NCBI RefSeq assembly: GCF_009914755.1
Contig: NC_060943.1
Length of the DNA stretch: 64,000 nucleotides
Direction: 5' to 3' (one strand)
From: the human T2T-CHM13v2.0 reference genome, Homo sapiens
Below, piece by piece: positions 57,381-64,000 of this stretch; within the stretch, counting starts at the first letter, position 1; the number at the start of each line of letters is the position of its first letter. Both the position numbers and the translations under genes were made by a program. The notes under the pieces were generated by a model that saw nothing but the letters and a program-made list of their open reading frames with translations, made no database searches and was not told where the DNA came from.

Positions 57381-58470
57381 TTATCTTCACTTCTGATATG
57401 ACATTTAATTTTTCATTCATTTTCTGTCTATTATTGTTCCTTTTTTAACTTAAAAAAAAATTCTGTACTTTATGAATTTCTGTTTCAAGGTGTTTTTCCC
57501 ATCTCCAAATGCTTATTTGAAAATGTTTCCTTTCCTCTTGGTTCATTTCTTCTGGTGTGTGTGTGCGCGCGCCGGCGTGCATGTGTGTACTCGGGTCTCA
57601 TTTTCTGCTTTCTTCCTGCAGTACCTCGTTTATGGGAGATGCACTTCGCTTTTCTTATTTTTTTAGTAGAGAGGGGGTTTCACTGGTTTAGCCAGAACAG
57701 TCTCGATCTCCTGACCTCGTGATCCGCCCACCTCGGGCTCCCAAAGTGCTGGGATTCCAGGAGTGAGCCACCGCGCCCGGCCGTCCACTTTGCTTCTTGC
57801 AGAGGCTGATGGTTTGAGTAATTTCCGAGATTCATAGCTCGAGCGCGCCCTGTTCTGTCTATGCAGTGAAGGGCAGCTTTTTGCATCCACGGCTTTTTGT
57901 TGGCAAGGAGGAATGTGCAGTGGCCAGATTTGTTTCTTCCCCTTTTGTTGCTGTTGTTGTTGTTGCTGCTGCTGTTATTGTTGTTGTTGTTGTATTTTAT
58001 TTTGTAGCATCCTAAAGTGTCCCCTCCTTCTATTTCTTATCCTTATCCAGGTAGGGTTTAGAAAAGCTAACTTCAGGGGCAGGGGAGAGAGAGAAAGAGA
58101 GGAGGAGAAAATGAGAATGAATGACAATACATGAACCCATGGGTCAACCTTTATTTCAAGGCAGCCCAAAAGGACGGCTCTCCCTTCTCTTTCACTCTCT
58201 TCTCTAGGTGTGAAGCTGATGCAGCACAGGCGAGCCCCAAAATTGAGGCTTAGCCCGGGGGGGTTCTTGGCTTCTCCTAGAAACTAATTCAAGAAGCCGG
58301 GCGCAGTGGCTCACGCCTGTAATCCCAGCACTTTGGGAGGCTGAGGCGGATGGATCACTTGAGGTAAGGAGTTCGAGACCAGCCTGGCCAACATGGTGAA
58401 ACCCCATCTCTACTAAATATACAAAAATTACCCGGGCATGGGGACGGGTGCCTGTAATCCCAGCTGTTCA

Positions 58471-58593
<123 letters not shown>

Positions 58594-59313
58594 TCAAGGG
58601 CAGGCCGGTGGTTTTAGACGGCAACCTTTACCGAAGCCTCAGTGCACAGCCACAGCAGAGGGACACACACCTGTATCTTTTCTAAGACTGGGAGAATTTT
58701 ACAATTGCTTGACTAATTGAACAGTGCCTCGAGGATGTTACACTAGGTTATAAATAAATTCCTGCCGTGTTTAGCTGAGGCACGAACACAATGCCCACTG
58801 ACAATTCCACTTTCCTCGAGGGCCATTCTTTATGAAAGGCTGTAGGAGTTCCACGACATTGTTGATTCCTGGATTCTCCAAGTCTCTAGAACTTGAGAAC
58901 TACTTTTGTGTATTTTTTTAACCTTTAAGTTCAGAGTTTCTAATGTCCGTTTTATACTACCATAAAATGGTACTATGTATTCTTTATTGATGGTACTATT
59001 TACACTTTATTTTATACAGACTCTGGCTCCACAAAAAGGTTAAAAATTAGCCAGGTGCAGTGGTGCACATCTGCGGCCCCAGCTACTCAGGAGGCTGAGG
59101 CAGAAGGATTGCTTGAGCTCGGATGGTCAGGGCTGCAATGAGCTATGATCACACATCACATCAATGCACTCCAGCCTGGGCAACAGAGTGAGACCCTGTC
59201 TCTAAAAGAATAGAAGAGGCTGGGCGCGGTGGCTCACGCCTGTCATCCTACCACTTTGGGAGACCAAGGCGAGTGGATCATTTGAGGCCAGGTGTTCAAG
59301 ACCAGCCTGGTCA

Positions 59314-59508
<195 letters not shown>

Positions 59509-59587
59509 TTAAAAACACTTAGGAAGATGTCATTTCTTCCTATCAAGGCGTCCTCCCTTTATGTTTTGTCGTTATATTGGGAACGAT

Positions 59588-59708
59588 AAAAAAAATCCTT
59601 TTTTCCGACCCATGTGGACCAGGCTGGCCTCGAACTCGTGCCCTGGAACCCCCGCCTCCGTGAGGGCCCGAGGGCAGGCGCAACCGGCCTGAGCCACAAT
59701 GGCTCCGG
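59588..59708 (-). ncRNA. SNAR-A: snaR-A copy 10 (C37)
   Basis: Same as copy 3. Confidence 0.95.
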
Positions 59709-59997
59709 GTGTCGGGGCTGTCCTTTAGTCCCTTTGATCTTACGCAGGGTGAGGGAGCCAATCACCAGAGGCTCCCCCCTGTCGTCACCCAGTCCCCAGG
59801 GCCAGTGAGGGCCCTGCGTTCCATGGCGCCCCCTGGAGGGAGGAAGGGGAACTGTATCTGAGAGTTCAGTATCTGACAATAAGGAAAAGGCATGGTAGAT
59901 CAGATGGTGCCTAGTGTTCTGGGGAGAAGAAACAACGGGGTTGGGGAATGCGGAGTTGCAGTTTATAATACAGGCCTCATGTATAAGGCAGACCTCA

Positions 59998-60441
<444 letters not shown>

Positions 60442-61536
60442 TTAATTTATCTTCACTTCTGATATGACATTTAATTTTTCATTCATTTTCTGTCTATTAT
60501 TGTTCGTTTTTTAACTTAAAAAAAAATTCTGTACTTTATGAATTTCTGTTTCAAGGTGTTTTTCCCATCTCCAAATGCTTATTTGGAAATGTTTCCTTTC
60601 CTCTTGGTTCATTTCTTCTGGTGTGTGTGTGCACGCGCCCGCGTGCATGTGTGTACTCGGGTCTCATTTTCTGCTTTCTTCCTGCAGTACCTCGTTTATG
60701 GGAGATGCACTTCGCTTTTCTTATTTTTTTAGTAGAGAGGGGGTTTCACTGGTTTAGCCAGAACAGTCTCGATCTCCTGACCTCGTGATCCGCCCACCTC
60801 GGGCTCCCAAAGTGCTGGGATTCCAGGAGTGAGCCACCGTGCCCGGCCGTCCACTTTGCTTCTTGCAGAGGCTGATGGTTTGAGTAATTTCCGAGATTCA
60901 TAGCTCGAGCGCGCCCTGTTCTGTCTATGCAGTGAAGGGCAGCTTTTTGCATCCACGGCTTTTTGTTGGCAAGGAGGAATGTGCAGTGGCCAGATTTGTT
61001 TCTTCCCCTTTTGTTGCTGTTGTTGTTGTTGCTGCTGCTGTTATTGTTGTTGTTGTTGTATTTTATTTTGTAGCATCCTAAAGTGTCCCCTCCTTCTATT
61101 TCTTATCCTTATCCAGGTAGGGTTTAGAAAAGCTAACTTCAGGGGCAGGGGAGAGAGAGAAAGAGAGGAGGAGAAAATGAGAATGAATGACAATACATGA
61201 ACCCATGGGTCAACCTTTATTTCAAGGCAGCCCAAAAGGACGGCTCTCCCTTCTCTTTCACTCTCTTCTCTAGGTGTGAAGCTGATGCAGCACAGGCGAG
61301 CCCCAAAATTGAGGCTTAGCCCGGGGGGGTTCTTGGCTTCTCCTAGAAACTAATTCAAGAAGCCGGGCGCAGTGGCTCACGCCTGTAATCCCAGCACTTT
61401 GGGAGGCTGAGGCGGATGGATCACTTGAGGTAAGGAGTTCGAGACCAGCCTGGCCAACATGGTGAAACCCCATCTCTACTAAATATACAAAAATTACCCG
61501 GGCATGGGGACGGGTGCCTGTAATCCCAGCTATTCA

Positions 61537-61659
<123 letters not shown>

Positions 61660-62379
61660 TCAAGGGCAGGCCGGTGGTTTTAGACGGCAACCTTTACCGA
61701 AGCCTCAGTGCACAGCCACAGCAGAGGGACACACACCTGTATCTTTTCTAAGACTGGGAGAATTTTACAATTGCTTGACTAATTGAACAGTGCCTCGAGG
61801 ATGTTACACTAGGTTATAAATAAATTCCTGCCGTGTTTAGCTGAGGCACGAACACAATGCCCACTGACAATTCCACTTTCCTCGAGGGCCATTCTTTATG
61901 AAAGGCTGTAGGAGTTCCACGACATTGTTGATTCCTGGATTCTCCAAGTCTCTAGAACTTGAGAACTACTTTTGTGTATTTTTTTAACCTTTAAGTTCAG
62001 AGTTTCTAATGTCCGTTTTATACTACTATAAAATGGTACTATGTATTCTTTATTGATGGTACTATTTACACTTTATTTTATACAGACTCTGGCTCCACAA
62101 AAAGGTTAAAAATTAGCCAGGTGCAGTGGTGCACATCTGCGGCCGCAGCTACTCAGGAGGCTGAGGCAGAAGGATTGCTTGAGCTCGGATGGTCAGGGCT
62201 GCAATGAGCTATGATCACACATCACATCAATGCACTCCAGCCTGGGCAACAGAGTGAGACCCTGTCTCTAAAAGAATAGAAGAGGCTGGGCGCGGTGGCT
62301 CACGCCTGTCATCCTACCACTTTGGGAGACCAAGGCGAGTGGATCATTTGAGGCCAGGTGTTCAAGACCAGCCTGGTCA

Positions 62380-62574
<195 letters not shown>

Positions 62575-62653
62575 TTAAAAACACTTAGGAAGATGTCATT
62601 TCTTCCTATCAAGGCGTCCTCCCTTTATGTTTTGTCGTTATATTGGGAACGAT

Positions 62654-62774
62654 AAAAAAAATCCTTTTTTCCGACCCATGTGGACCAGGCTGGCCTCGAA
62701 CTCGTGCCCTGGAACCCCCGCCTCCGTGAGGGCCCGACGGCAGGCGCAACCGGCCTGAGCCACAATGGCTCCGG
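62654..62774 (-). ncRNA. SNAR-A: snaR-A copy 11 (G37)
   Basis: Same as copy 1. Confidence 0.95.
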
Positions 62775-63063
62775 GTGTCGGGGCTGTCCTTTAGTCCCTT
62801 TGATCTTACGCAGGGTGAGGGAGCCAATCACCAGAGGCTCCCCCCTGTCGTCACCCAGTCCCCAGGGCCAGTGAGGGCCCTGCGTTCCATGGCGCCCCCT
62901 GGAGGGAGGAAGGGGAACTGTATCTGAGAGTTCAGTATCTGACAATAAGGAAAAGGCATGGTAGATCAGATGGTGCCTAGTGTTCTGGGGAGAAGAAACA
63001 ACGGGGTTGGGGAATGCGGAGTTGCAGTTTATAATACAGGCCTCATGTATAAGGCAGACCTCA

Positions 63064-63507
<444 letters not shown>

Positions 63508-64000
63508 TTAATTTATCTTCACTTCTGATATGACATTTAATTTTTCATTCATTTTCTGTCTATTATTGTTCGTTTTTTAACTTAAAAAAAAATTCTGTAC
63601 TTTATGAATTTCTGTTTCAAGGTGTTTTTCCCATCTCCAAATGCTTATTTGGAAATGTTTCCTTTCCTCTTGGTTCATTTCTTCTGGTGTGTGTGTGCAC
63701 GCGCCCGCGTGCATGTGTGTACTCGGGTCTCATTTTCTGCTTTCTTCCTGCAGTACCTCGTTTATGGGAGATGCACTTCGCTTTTCTTATTTTTTTAGTA
63801 GAGAGGGGGTTTCACTGGTTTAGCCAGAACAGTCTCGATCTCCTGACCTTGTGATCCGCCCACCTCGGGCTCCCAAAGTGCTGGGATTCCAGGAGTGAGC
63901 CACCGTGCCCGGCCGTCCACTTTGCTTCTTGCAGAGGCTGATGGTTTGAGTAATTTCCGAGATTCATAGCTCGAGCGCGCCCTGTTCTGTCTATGCAGTG

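Overview
Alu-dense primate DNA (human or African great ape), most consistent with chromosome 19q13.33. Bases 1-18.7 kb hold the last coding exon and 3' UTR exon of a SYT3-type gene (C-terminus EKTVTSFTKGSKGLSEKENSE*). They also hold MaLR LTRs, old L1 fragments, many Alus and a full-length SVA with a 17-bp target-site duplication. From ~19.4 kb to the end of the window is a tandem array carrying 11 minus-strand, 121-nt Pol III snaR-A genes (small NF90/ILF3-associated RNA). Units come in two sizes, ~5.35 kb (L) and ~3.06 kb (S), ordered L-S-S-L-L-S-S-L-L-S-S, a ~16.82-kb higher-order period. S units appear derived from L units by a 2.28-kb Alu-Alu deletion. Each gene has an upstream CCAAT/CRE-half/CTCF cassette. 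Two snaR alleles (C37, G37) are interspersed. A strongly diverged ~98-nt snaR-like Pol III gene (probable CAS-type ancestor) lies at the left edge with the same cassette and a covarying stem. Nearly all supplied ORFs are repeat-derived artefacts. Repeat subfamily and gene identities come from recall, not database searches.
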